From Thermodesulfobacteriota bacterium (GTDB taxonomy: Bacteria > Desulfobacterota > Desulfobacteria > Desulfobacterales > C00003060), in contig JAXHVD010000011.1 of NCBI GenBank assembly GCA_034189385.1, forward strand, positions 1 through 64,000: 64,000 bases of DNA. The letters are read 5' to 3'. The notes beneath the pieces were generated by a model. It searched no databases. It was not told the DNA's origin and worked only from the letters and a program-made list of their open reading frames with translations. Position numbers and translations under genes: made by a program. Positions 18,943 through 27,779 of this stretch are shown here, one piece after another (within the stretch, counting starts at the first letter, position 1; the number at the start of each line of letters is the position of its first letter).

Positions 18943-19370
18943 CTTTTAGGGATATAGGCCTTGATCCGCAAACCTGACGATGGCAGGCTGATTTACAAAC
19001 CCACACCAGCGCCCGCTTCCTTCTTTGCCGCTCCTGGGTAGGTACGAAACTAGCTTCTTCTTGGCGGATAAGTGTTAAATTGTTAAGAAGGATAACTAAA
19101 CAGGTGCTAAATCTTAACGGGTTATCCCCGTGCCTGAACAAGACAGTTCAAACGATCACAAGAAACAACACAAAGGGGTTGATGGGAAAACCGTGTGCTC
19201 TTCTAATGAAAAGAAGAGCTTGACCCGGAGGCCCATCAAAAGACTCAGGCACAAGGCGGGGCCGCCTCCTGTACTGGATAGGTTGGGCAACAAGGGCTTG
19301 GGGGATCACCTTCGGCAAGGCGATGACATGAGCCAGCTGGAAGTCGTCTATTGGGCTAGCAAATGCCGTC

Positions 19371-20372
19371 CTATCCTAGGACAATAAAAACGAGGCCGAC
19401 CACAGCCATAGCATTGGCAATAACCCAATAGCTCATGGGAATTTGGGTAATTTTTAGTCTTGCGGTAGCTGTCCTCGGCAACGTCACCATAAGTATTACA
19501 ACCAGAAAAAGCTTCACAAAAAAGAAGCAAAAATCCAGAGCCAAAGCGTCACGTCCTTCTATGCCAATGATGGGACAGATATCGTAGGGAAAGAATAAAG
19601 CGATCGTTAGAGTGCCTACGGCCACCGTCTTGACAGCATCAGAAAGATAGAACAGGGCGAAATTCCGGCCTGAGTAATCTGTCAGCGCGCCTTCTGCGAT
19701 TTCTGAGCTTGCCTCACAAACATCAAAGGGTATGGTCCCTGCCTGACCGGGAGTCACCACCATCAAGGACATAAGGAGTAAGAGCATCCCTATATTACCC
19801 AAGAGGCCCATTTCACCCCACAATGGATGGGAGGAAATGAATCCAAGGCTAAAAACACTTTGTAATGGATAAAGCTGATTTAGCTTCCAGGCAATAGAGA
19901 TGATGACGACAGCTAGGGGGAATTCATATGACATCATCGTTATCATCTTGCGCTGCGCCCCGACCGTGGCCAGTCGGGAAGATGAGGCAAACCCTCCAAG
20001 GGTCACAGACAATCCAGGAATGAGTAGAATGTACAAAACCAAAATAACGTCACCCTGTCCAGAAAGCACAGGAGTAAAGGGCACGTTGCCAAAAGGCAGG
20101 TACAGAAGCAAGGTTATAACGGAGGCAAGAGATATGATCGGTGCACCATTATAGAGCCATGACATTGCTCTTTCCGGCTGAACGGTGTCCTTAATCATGA
20201 ACTTGCTTACATCCCGAAAGGGCTGTATGATGGGCGGGCCCACCCTGCGCTGCATGTGAGCAGCAATTTTTCGATCAAAGCCTTTCAGCAGTAGACCGCA
20301 AAAGACGACAAAGAGGCCAAGACCGATGGGCCCTATGACTGCTCCTAAGATAACGTCCAAGGGAACCTTCAT
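19371..20372 (-). CDS. NuoH/MbhM-like membrane subunit
   Basis: DRKIAAHMQRRVGPPIIQPFRDVSK, SYEFPL, PFD..EASSEIAEG..DYSG, RTATARLK. Confidence 0.92.
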   Translation of the reverse strand: MKVPLDVILGAVIGPIGLGLFVVFCGLLLKGFDRKIAAHMQRRVGPPIIQPFRDVSKFMIKDTVQPERAMSWLYNGAPIISLASVITLLLYLPFGNVPFTPVLSGQGDVILVLYILLIPGLSVTLGGFASSSRLATVGAQRKMITMMSYEFPLAVVIISIAWKLNQLYPLQSVFSLGFISSHPLWGEMGLLGNIGMLLLLMSLMVVTPGQAGTIPFDVCEASSEIAEGALTDYSGRNFALFYLSDAVKTVAVGTLTIALFFPYDICPIIGIEGRDALALDFCFFFVKLFLVVILMVTLPRTATARLKITQIPMSYWVIANAMAVVGLVFIVLG

Positions 20373-20434
20373 TGTGCGCTATCGTAACATCGACGGCTCA
20401 AATAACAGTGCAACTCCTGTATGATCCTCAACGC

Positions 20435-20818
20435 CTACCCTCTTTCTAGTCTTGCCATGGGATGCTTCATCAGTGAACCAGGATCAGGTGTGGCAAGAAA
20501 AACGTTATTTGTCATGTTCAGACATCTCTTCGGACATATATCCTGACAAAGGGCACAAAAACAACACTTTCTGAGGTCTATTCTAGGGTACGCCTTTGGA
20601 TATTTCTGTGTATATGGTTCAGGTAGCTTCACCATCTCTATAGCCTTGTTTGGGCATACCTCTTGGCAAAGACCGCAACTTATGCATCTATGAAGATCAA
20701 GTTCCTGTTCTCCGCGGTAACCGGCGGGCATTGGAATAGCTTCATGAGGAAACTGAATCGTCATGGGCCGTGAAAACAGCCCCTTGACTAATACCCACAC
20801 GGTTCCAACCATACTCAT
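20435..20818 (-). CDS. NuoI/MbhN-like 2x[4Fe-4S] subunit
   Basis: TIQFP..YRG; CISCGLCQEVCP and CCFCALCQDICP. Confidence 0.92.
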   Translation of the reverse strand: MSMVGTVWVLVKGLFSRPMTIQFPHEAIPMPAGYRGEQELDLHRCISCGLCQEVCPNKAIEMVKLPEPYTQKYPKAYPRIDLRKCCFCALCQDICPKRCLNMTNNVFLATPDPGSLMKHPMARLERG

Positions 20819-20828
20819 CTTTTGTGGC

Positions 20829-21992
20829 CTATCTGTCCATGTCTGCTGGACAAATATTCAGACTCCAGTAGATTGCCGGCACATCGGCCAGCTCACAACC
20901 CTTTAGTAAATGTTCCAGGACGGGTATCATGTGGAGGAAATCAGGCCCCCTCACCTTCACCCGGTAAGGTCCAGTTTCCCCCACGCTCCTCATATAAATA
21001 CATGCTTCGCCTCTGGCAACTTCATTACGCACATAGACCTCGCCCTCAGGGATCTTTATGCGGGAAGGCCGTTTCAGTTTTGAGGGATTTCTTGTTTTGC
21101 CCTCGGGCATTCTATCTAGGACTTGTCTTATGATCTTTATGGATTGTTCCATCTCCAGATCTCTAATGGTGCAGCGTGCATTGGCATCTCCCTCTTTTCC
21201 AGTAGGAACATCAAAGTCAAGTCCGCTATATATTTCATAAGGATCATCCTTCCTCACATCTGTTTTCATTCCAGACGCCCTCAGCACGGGCCCTGTGGCC
21301 CCCAGTCGAATAGCGTCTTCTAAATTCAAAACGCCAACCCCTTTTGTCCTCTTGGCAAAAAAGAGATTATCGAAGGACTTCATCTGGTCCATGAATTCCT
21401 TTATCTTGTCCAAAAGTTCTCTTATCCTTTTCCCATAGCCTTCGGGCAAATCTCTTCTCACTCCTCCGTCACAGATATATCCCGCTGGATAGACTCTGCC
21501 TCCTGTGATGAGCTCGAATATATCCAGTATGTAGTCCCTATGGCCAAAGGCCAGCCTAAAACCGGTATCAAAACCAAGGGCGAGGCTCATGACCCCGTAC
21601 CATATCATATGGGATTGCAGTCTCGAGAGCTCGGCCATTAACACCCTGATGTATCTGGCCCGCTCGGGCACTTCGATGCCGGTGAGCTCGTCCACTGCCT
21701 CGGCATGCACCAGATTCCAATTAAGAGGTTCAAGCACGCAGAGTCTGTCCGACAACACGGCATTTTGAATCGGTATCCTGTATTCCATCAATTTTTCAAA
21801 GCCACGGTGCAGATATCCAGGATCGGCACGGGCAGACAAAACCCTTTCTCCGTCTAATCTTAGCTTTACCCCGAAGTTTCCAGAGCCGGAATGGGCAGGC
21901 CCAAAATAGAAATCATACTCTGTGCCATCGTCCGTGTCAGGTGGTCTCTGGTCATTGCCAGTAGGGCTTTTCCCGTTCCTCTGATTTGTCAT
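20829..21992 (-). CDS. NuoD/MbhL-family large subunit without NiFe motifs (MbsL/MbxL-like)
   Basis: FGPAH, GYLHRGFEKL, RLCVLEP at the L1 position, ELSRLQSH, GGVRRD, TGPVLRASG..DVRKDDPY, C-terminal SLNICPADMDR at the L2 position. Confidence 0.9.
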   Translation of the reverse strand: MTNQRNGKSPTGNDQRPPDTDDGTEYDFYFGPAHSGSGNFGVKLRLDGERVLSARADPGYLHRGFEKLMEYRIPIQNAVLSDRLCVLEPLNWNLVHAEAVDELTGIEVPERARYIRVLMAELSRLQSHMIWYGVMSLALGFDTGFRLAFGHRDYILDIFELITGGRVYPAGYICDGGVRRDLPEGYGKRIRELLDKIKEFMDQMKSFDNLFFAKRTKGVGVLNLEDAIRLGATGPVLRASGMKTDVRKDDPYEIYSGLDFDVPTGKEGDANARCTIRDLEMEQSIKIIRQVLDRMPEGKTRNPSKLKRPSRIKIPEGEVYVRNEVARGEACIYMRSVGETGPYRVKVRGPDFLHMIPVLEHLLKGCELADVPAIYWSLNICPADMDR

Positions 21993-22470
21993 AACATCTC
22001 TGCCTCACATAATCTCTCCAATTGAAATCTTTCCTAAACGGCGGAGGCCCATGCCAGTCCTCCAGGAAGAGTGGGGCTACGTCGGGATTGCCTCTAAATT
22101 TCACACCGAACAGCTCGTGTAGCTCCCTTTCATGTATCTGTGCATTTTCGTGGAATATGGGCATGGCAGAGTCCATTTGGGGATCTGCCCTTTTTGTTTT
22201 TGTCTTTACAGTGAGTAGAATTTTTAACGAGTATGACCAGAGATGATACGTAAGCTCAAAAGTTCCGTCCTTGGGCCAATCGGTAACAGAGATTGCTGAA
22301 AGATGGTCAAAGCCTAATCCCCTGGCAAAGCGACACAGGGAAACCAACTCGTTTTTTGGCACCGTCGTCCACACCCGTCGATCTCTTTGGACGGTGGCCT
22401 CAATCTCGAACACCGCTCTTAACAGTTGAGCAAGTTTGTCTTCTTTGCTTTGCTGTGAAATCTCGGCCAT
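21952..22470 (-). CDS. NuoC/MbhK-like subunit
   Basis: GFDHLSAISVTD, HERELHELFGVKFRGNP, LEDW..PPFRKDF. Confidence 0.9.
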   Translation of the reverse strand: MAEISQQSKEDKLAQLLRAVFEIEATVQRDRRVWTTVPKNELVSLCRFARGLGFDHLSAISVTDWPKDGTFELTYHLWSYSLKILLTVKTKTKRADPQMDSAMPIFHENAQIHERELHELFGVKFRGNPDVAPLFLEDWHGPPPFRKDFNWRDYVRQRCYDKSEEREKPYWQ

Positions 22471-22895
22471 TACTGCATTGCTCTCACATGTTCAAATATT
22501 TTCTCACAAGCCTCAAATACCGCCTCCGGCCTGGGTGGACAGCCAGGGACGTATATATTGACCGGAATATAGTCTGACACCCTTTTGACGGTATTGTATG
22601 AATCCCAGTACATTCCGCCACTCATCGTACATGCGCCAAGGGCAATGACCGCCTTTGGATCAGGCATTTGCTCGTAGACTCTTTGAGCTCTTTTCATGGA
22701 CTTAAAAGTCTGATATCCGGCAACGAACAAAACGTCGGCGTGCCTGGGAGTCCCCGTGATGATCATCCCGAATCTTTCCATATCCCATCTTGAGCCAACG
22801 ACTGGAACCAGCTCTGCGAATCCGCATGAGTTGAACCAATTGAACACCCATATAGCCCGTATTAATCGCTTCATCTTTATTGCTTGTTCAACCAC
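22470..22895 (-). CDS. NuoB/MbhJ-like small Fe-S subunit (MbsJ-like)
   Basis: SCGFAE, RWDMERFG, PRHADVL, YEQMPDPK, GACTMSGGMYWDSYN, PGCPPRPE. Confidence 0.92.
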   Translation of the reverse strand: MVEQAIKMKRLIRAIWVFNWFNSCGFAELVPVVGSRWDMERFGMIITGTPRHADVLFVAGYQTFKSMKRAQRVYEQMPDPKAVIALGACTMSGGMYWDSYNTVKRVSDYIPVNIYVPGCPPRPEAVFEACEKIFEHVRAMQ

Positions 22896-23231
22896 TTATA
22901 ACAGCTCCAACGCAAAGACTACGATCAAGGTTATGGAAAGAAAAGTCAAAAACCAGATGATATAGTCATTGACTATTCCTGTATGCATCGTTGTGGCCTG
23001 TGCATAGTATCTTTTGAGCCCTTGGAAAAACCCCCAGTATATATTGTGTGCCCTCACATGGCTCCTGTGTTCGGGTAACATTTTATTTCCCATCAGGAAC
23101 GCTTCGCCCTGCACGCCCCTTTTGTGTCCTTTTTGCCCCCTCGTTCGAATAAGACAGGCCATAACAACAGATACAACGGTGGCGATGATCCACGGTACAG
23201 GTCCCCAACATCCTGAAGGGCTTGCCATCAT
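22896..23231 (-). CDS. MbhI-like membrane subunit
   Basis: N-terminal TM, FLMGN, NIYWGF, amphipathic segment, HTGIVNDY, C-terminal TM; sits between the H- and J-like genes. Confidence 0.8.
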   Translation of the reverse strand: MMASPSGCWGPVPWIIATVVSVVMACLIRTRGQKGHKRGVQGEAFLMGNKMLPEHRSHVRAHNIYWGFFQGLKRYYAQATTMHTGIVNDYIIWFLTFLSITLIVVFALELL

Positions 23232-24796
23232 GACATGCCTCCCATGATTCCATTCATGTATGTACCCTGGTTTATTAACGCCTCTACAGCCGGCTCAACG
23301 ATCTGGTCCATAATGAGCCCGGGAAATAGGCTAAAAAAAACAATGATGGCGGCCAAGATACCCATACCGCCCAGCATTGGCTTTGGCACTTCTTTTACAG
23401 CCCTAACGTGTGGTGAGATCGGTCCGGTAAACGCTGACTGGAAGACCTTGACAAAAGAGGCCAACGTCATGATCGAGACCATCATGGCAACGACGGAAAG
23501 CATGGGATTGAATTGATATACAGATTCATAGATCAACAGCTTTGAAGCAAATCCGTTGAAAGGGGGAATGCCAGAAATCGCCAGGGCTCCGATCATAAAA
23601 AACACGCAGGTATATCTCATGTTGCCACCTATCCCCCCCATCTTATTGAGATCTCTGGTGCCTAGGGCGTAAAATAACGCTTCTGCCGTCAGAAATAACA
23701 GCCCCTTGTACATAGCGTTGTTGATGATGTGGAATATACCCCCGCCCATGGCTTGTCTCCCATAGGTGGACAAGGCCTGTGAGTCACTTAAAACTGCCAA
23801 GCCTACCCCTACGCCAAGCAGCATATACCCGCTCTGGGAGACGGCGTGATAGGCCATGAGGCGTTTGATATCAGATTGGTACACAGCCATGGTGACCCCC
23901 ACGAACATGCTCAACAGCCCTATCCCTATGACGATCCACCCAATGGTAAGGGTATTCAACGTTACTCCATACAGAGTAAAGCAGACACGGAACAAGGCAT
24001 ACATGCATGCTTGGCTGGCAACATAGATCATGGGCGTGGTGCCTGCCGGAGCAACACTATAGGTGTCAGGGGCCCACATGTGCAGTGGCACCCCAGCTAG
24101 CTTCATGATAAACGCCATGATCAGCAAGGCCAGGGCTATCTTATCAAGGGTCGTGTATTGTATGGCTTGGGCCAGGGCAGCGATGTTGAGCAGATTATAC
24201 TGCCCGTAGAAAATGCCTACAGCAAATAGAATCATCAGTGATGCAACGGCGGATATGAACATATACTTGAATCCGCCTTCCAGGGCATCTACAAAGCCAG
24301 TCCTAAAGGAAGCTAGCGCTGCCCCGGAGAGAGAAAGTATTTCCAGGAATATAAATAGATTGAACATGTCTCCGGTGAATTCCAGCCCCATCATGCCTGC
24401 CGTGAGCAGAAGAAGGAGGGTGTAAAACTTGTCTTTTCCCGTGTCCCTTCTCATAAAGGAAACAGAGTAGATGGCGGCCGCCAAAGAGACCGTAGCGGAT
24501 ATGAAACCCATAAGAATAGACATGGCATCTACTTCCAGCACGATGCGCACAGGTGCCATGTGATGTTCAGGCCTGGCCAACAGGGGTGAAGAGGCGCCGA
24601 GTGCATATATGTGTAAACCGCCTAGGTAAATATCCACAGCCAAAATGATGACGAGAAACTCCACAAAAACCAGGGTGGCTATGACCAGCACATCCCGCCC
24701 CTTGTCACTCACCCTACTGATTAAGGGTGTCAAGAATGCGCCCAGCAGGGGAATGGCGATGATGAGTACAGGAGAGTGGGCGAGCAGGACGTCCAA
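23228..24796 (-). CDS. MrpD/MbhH-like antiporter-type subunit
   Basis: TGDMFNLFIFLEI, KLAGVPLHMWAPDTY, DIKRLMAY, GIPPFNGFASK; highly hydrophobic. Confidence 0.92.
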   Translation of the reverse strand: MDVLLAHSPVLIIAIPLLGAFLTPLISRVSDKGRDVLVIATLVFVEFLVIILAVDIYLGGLHIYALGASSPLLARPEHHMAPVRIVLEVDAMSILMGFISATVSLAAAIYSVSFMRRDTGKDKFYTLLLLLTAGMMGLEFTGDMFNLFIFLEILSLSGAALASFRTGFVDALEGGFKYMFISAVASLMILFAVGIFYGQYNLLNIAALAQAIQYTTLDKIALALLIMAFIMKLAGVPLHMWAPDTYSVAPAGTTPMIYVASQACMYALFRVCFTLYGVTLNTLTIGWIVIGIGLLSMFVGVTMAVYQSDIKRLMAYHAVSQSGYMLLGVGVGLAVLSDSQALSTYGRQAMGGGIFHIINNAMYKGLLFLTAEALFYALGTRDLNKMGGIGGNMRYTCVFFMIGALAISGIPPFNGFASKLLIYESVYQFNPMLSVVAMMVSIMTLASFVKVFQSAFTGPISPHVRAVKEVPKPMLGGMGILAAIIVFFSLFPGLIMDQIVEPAVEALINQGTYMNGIMGGMS

Positions 24797-24800
24797 TCGA

Positions 24801-25154
24801 TTATCCTTTCAATGTCCTCGATCTTTTTGCATCTATATGGCCTGTATGGCGGTAAATAACCATGATCATGGAAAGCATAAACGCTGTAATGGCCACACCG
24901 ATAACAATGCTGGTGAGGGTCAAAGCCTGAGGCACAGGCAAGACCATATTTGTATGGCAAGCATTGGTGTAGATTGGAACGCCCCCATCTTGCCTATATC
25001 CCAAACCAACGAGGAATAGGTTCACCCCAGCCTCCAAGACAGTAATACCCATGACCAACTTAATTAAGTTTCTGTTGAATACAATGATGGATAATCCAGT
25101 GCCGATCAATGCTGCTACCGCCAAAAAGGGGATGTTTGAGATACATTGTGTCAT
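24801..25154 (-). CDS. MrpC/MbhG-like subunit
   Basis: NLIKLVMG..LEAGVNLFL, PVPQALTLTSIVIG; ATGA overlap with the upstream gene. Confidence 0.9.
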   Translation of the reverse strand: MTQCISNIPFLAVAALIGTGLSIIVFNRNLIKLVMGITVLEAGVNLFLVGLGYRQDGGVPIYTNACHTNMVLPVPQALTLTSIVIGVAITAFMLSMIMVIYRHTGHIDAKRSRTLKG

Positions 25155-25612
25155 TGTTCTGATCGTCCTTTTCCAACGGCTAAAGCCATGACGAAAACAA
25201 TGAGCGACAGGCCGGCAATCACTTTCAGTCCAACAGCCATATTCATCAAGGGGATGGTTCCGCCCGTCCACATATCTCCACGATTGGGGCCAAAGGCGGG
25301 GATATGGCCGAAAACCGACGAGCCAACAAGGAAATTGTAAAAAAATCCAACGGCCACTCCCCCTAACGCCAAGCCGATGAATGCCAGTGCCCCGGTGCTT
25401 TCCAGCACGGAAAGGGTGGATGCTCTTAATCTTTTCTCCACTTTCTCAGCACCAAAAGCCACCACAAGCAGGGTCATGCCCGAGGCAAAGACAGCACCTC
25501 CCTGAAAGCCTCCTCCCGGTGTCACGTGCCCATGCATGATCATGTATAGACCAAAGGTAAAAACAAAAGCCATTAGAAGCTCGGAGACAGTTCGGACAAT
25601 CTTGGACATCAC
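25151..25612 (-). CDS. MrpB/MbhF-like subunit
   Basis: HGHVTPGGGFQGG, GGTIPLMN..VGLKV. Confidence 0.9.
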   Translation of the reverse strand: MMSKIVRTVSELLMAFVFTFGLYMIMHGHVTPGGGFQGGAVFASGMTLLVVAFGAEKVEKRLRASTLSVLESTGALAFIGLALGGVAVGFFYNFLVGSSVFGHIPAFGPNRGDMWTGGTIPLMNMAVGLKVIAGLSLIVFVMALAVGKGRSEQ

Positions 25613-25884
25613 CTCGTTGTCTGTCCTTTCCTTGTTCTGAATAGCATGACGACTCCAGTCACCGCCGTAAAGAGAATCGTAGCTTCGCCTAAGGTATCAA
25701 GCCCCCTATAATCGAAAACAACAGCGGTTACAGCATTGTTGGCCCCTGTTTCACGCTGCGTATGCTTGATGATATACTCATCCATTTGAGCTGGGGGATC
25801 TCCAAAAGGGTGGACAAGCAAGGCGCTCACTGCAAGAAAGACAATCACGATTGCCAAAGATATATTTGCGGCAAAGCATCTCAC
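25609..25884 (-). CDS. MbhE-like subunit
   Basis: TGANNAVTAVVFDYRGLDTLGEATILF. Confidence 0.9.
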   Translation of the reverse strand: MRCFAANISLAIVIVFLAVSALLVHPFGDPPAQMDEYIIKHTQRETGANNAVTAVVFDYRGLDTLGEATILFTAVTGVVMLFRTRKGQTTR

Positions 25885-26135
25885 TCTCTCTCCTCCATGC
25901 GTTTTGTTGCTTTGATAGCAATAACAAATATGGCTGTGGTGATGGCTGCTCCTATACCGGCCTCTGCAAGCGCCACATCAGGTGCTTTAAGCAGGTAAAA
26001 CTCCAAGGATAACAGAAGACTCATGGCAGCCAAAGCGATGGTGGCAGCGATCAAGTCCCTCACTGTTGCCACAAACAATGCACAAACAACAATGAGTATA
26101 GGTATGGCTATATGTAGGATTGCTAGCTCAATCAT
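25881..26135 (-). CDS. MbhD-like (DUF4040) subunit
   Basis: RDLIAA..LKAPDVALAEAGIGA. Confidence 0.88.
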   Translation of the reverse strand: MIELAILHIAIPILIVVCALFVATVRDLIAATIALAAMSLLLSLEFYLLKAPDVALAEAGIGAAITTAIFVIAIKATKRMEERE

Positions 26136-26490
26136 AGGGTGCGCCCTCAAGATCGTCTATGACCGCTAGGGCAGGTTTAATCCCGCTCCTATGGCCTGCC
26201 CTGGCAATGGCATGGGCTCCAGTTGGGTTGGTCATTAGAAGGGCAATCAGGGCAATAAAGGCGTGTATGCAAAGCACTGATTGAGGTGAGGTGAGGCCTC
26301 CTATGACCCAAGCCCTCAGTGAATGGATCATGACGGCCAGCACTAAAAAGATGGAGCCAAAGGTTGCGCATTTGGTTCCAGCATGAAGCCTGGTGTAGAA
26401 ATCCGGAAAACGATGAAGCCCGATCGTTGCCATGAGGTTAAAGAAACAGCCCATCGCTATGAAGGCATAAGTGGTAATATCAAGTGCCAC
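26128..26490 (-). CDS. MrpG/MbhC-like subunit
   Basis: RFPDFYTRLHAGTK, TNPTGAHAIARA. Confidence 0.92.
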   Translation of the reverse strand: MALDITTYAFIAMGCFFNLMATIGLHRFPDFYTRLHAGTKCATFGSIFLVLAVMIHSLRAWVIGGLTSPQSVLCIHAFIALIALLMTNPTGAHAIARAGHRSGIKPALAVIDDLEGAPYD

Positions 26491-26744
26491 TAGAATGAAC
26501 CTTTCTCGATATATTTGGCGATGAAAAGCGTGGTGACAAAAGAAAGTAAGGCATAAACAATGCCTACATCAATGAGTAAAACCTCTTCAAATGCTGCCCC
26601 CAGGATCACCATTGATACGACCACGATAGTATTGACCGTATCCAGGCCCACAATTCTGTCTGGAACGGTTGGGCCCAGGAGCACCCTGACGAGGGCTATC
26701 GTGATACATATGGCCAGGAACACAGCCACAAGAAGCCAGATCAT
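26490..26744 (-). CDS. MrpF/MbhB-like subunit
   Basis: RVLLGPTVPDRIVGLD, DVGIVYALLSFV..AKY; ATGA overlap. Confidence 0.92.
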   Translation of the reverse strand: MIWLLVAVFLAICITIALVRVLLGPTVPDRIVGLDTVNTIVVVSMVILGAAFEEVLLIDVGIVYALLSFVTTLFIAKYIEKGSF

Positions 26745-27271
26745 CCCGCTAACCTTCTTGCCCAAGCAGGGAATGTTCCACAGATGTCTTTGTAATCTCT
26801 AGGCATTGTCTTCAAGGTCTCTTTGTGCACATTGATCCAGTGGATATACAGGTCATTGGTTTGTTCATCGAGGTCCACGCTCAGGGTGCCTGGCGTAAGC
26901 GTAATGGAATTTGCCAGAAGCGTGAGACCTAAATCGGTCTTTAGGTTTGGGGAAATCTTGACGATGCCGGGATTTATCTTTCCGGTCACGACTCTATAAA
27001 CCAGATCAAGATTGGCTTTTGCCATGCCCCAGAAAAAAGGTCCTGCCAGGTATGCAAAAAACAGCGGCCACCTTATTGGGGTTAGGAGGAGGAGGCGTTT
27101 TTTCATAGCCAGCTTTGTTGTAAGTGCCCCTATGATCAGAGCGAAGATCGCCCCTATAATGAGTTCCGCTTTGCTCCACAGAAATAGGTTGCCCGAGGAT
27201 GTGGTCAGAAGTAGATAGAATACAAAGGCTGAGGCCGTGTGAACTAGAAAGGTCATGACACGAGGTCCCAA
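26741..27271 (-). CDS. MrpE/MbhA-like subunit
   Basis: KANLDL, INPGIV, LANSITLTPGTL, LYIHWI. Start is 27271 (TTG) or 27256 (ATG). Confidence 0.92.
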   Translation of the reverse strand: MGPRVMTFLVHTASAFVFYLLLTTSSGNLFLWSKAELIIGAIFALIIGALTTKLAMKKRLLLLTPIRWPLFFAYLAGPFFWGMAKANLDLVYRVVTGKINPGIVKISPNLKTDLGLTLLANSITLTPGTLSVDLDEQTNDLYIHWINVHKETLKTMPRDYKDICGTFPAWARRLAG

Positions 27272-27497
27272 AAACTGATTAGCTCATAAGGTGCTCCCGC
27301 CAAGACCGTGAAAAGGTCCCTTCGGGTTTGACGTTCGTTTCCCAGTATTTTCGGTGCCTCGCCTGGATCTAGCTTGTTGAAGACTTGCATCAGCTTCAGA
27401 AGCAAAATGGGAGCCACCATTCCGCGAAGATCGCATTGATAAGCAATGTCCCGTTACGAGTTGGCTAATGCCCCCGAGCTTTTCACCAGTGGCTCTC

Positions 27498-27513
27498 GCA
27501 AAATCCCTGCCAA
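27498..27513 (-). promoter_or_regulatory. Sigma54 -24/-12 promoter for the 14-gene membrane complex operon
   Basis: Minus strand TTGGCAGGGATTTTGC, with GG-N10-GC, about 230 bp upstream of the first gene. Confidence 0.78.
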
Positions 27514-27779
27514 CATTCCAGGCACATAGCTTGTAGCTTGACCTACCCAACCCTTGCTGACGGTCAATGCGCCCTGTATGCACTAAGGAAACAGGATAAT
27601 CGGTTTCTTCCATCTCCTGTTGGGGATCATCTATCTGGGAAAAACGCTTTTTCTGGAAAGCTACAATCGACAGAATGAAGCAAGCAGAGCTGCCAGTCAG
27701 CGAGCACCCGCTTTTGTCCTTGCTAAAAAACTGTTAAAATGTTAAAAGGGATGTCTAAACACATGTTCAATTTTAACGG

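Noticed and set aside
20829..21992. Group 4 [NiFe]-hydrogenase large subunit
   Set aside because: Both CxxC metal-binding motifs are reduced to single Cys, and no hyp maturation genes are in the window.
19371..27271. Canonical complex I (nuo) or stand-alone Mrp antiporter
   Set aside because: No NuoA/J/EFG, only one antiporter-like subunit, no tandem CC in the NuoB homolog, no quinone-site Tyr; the Mrp-like genes share an operon with redox subunits.
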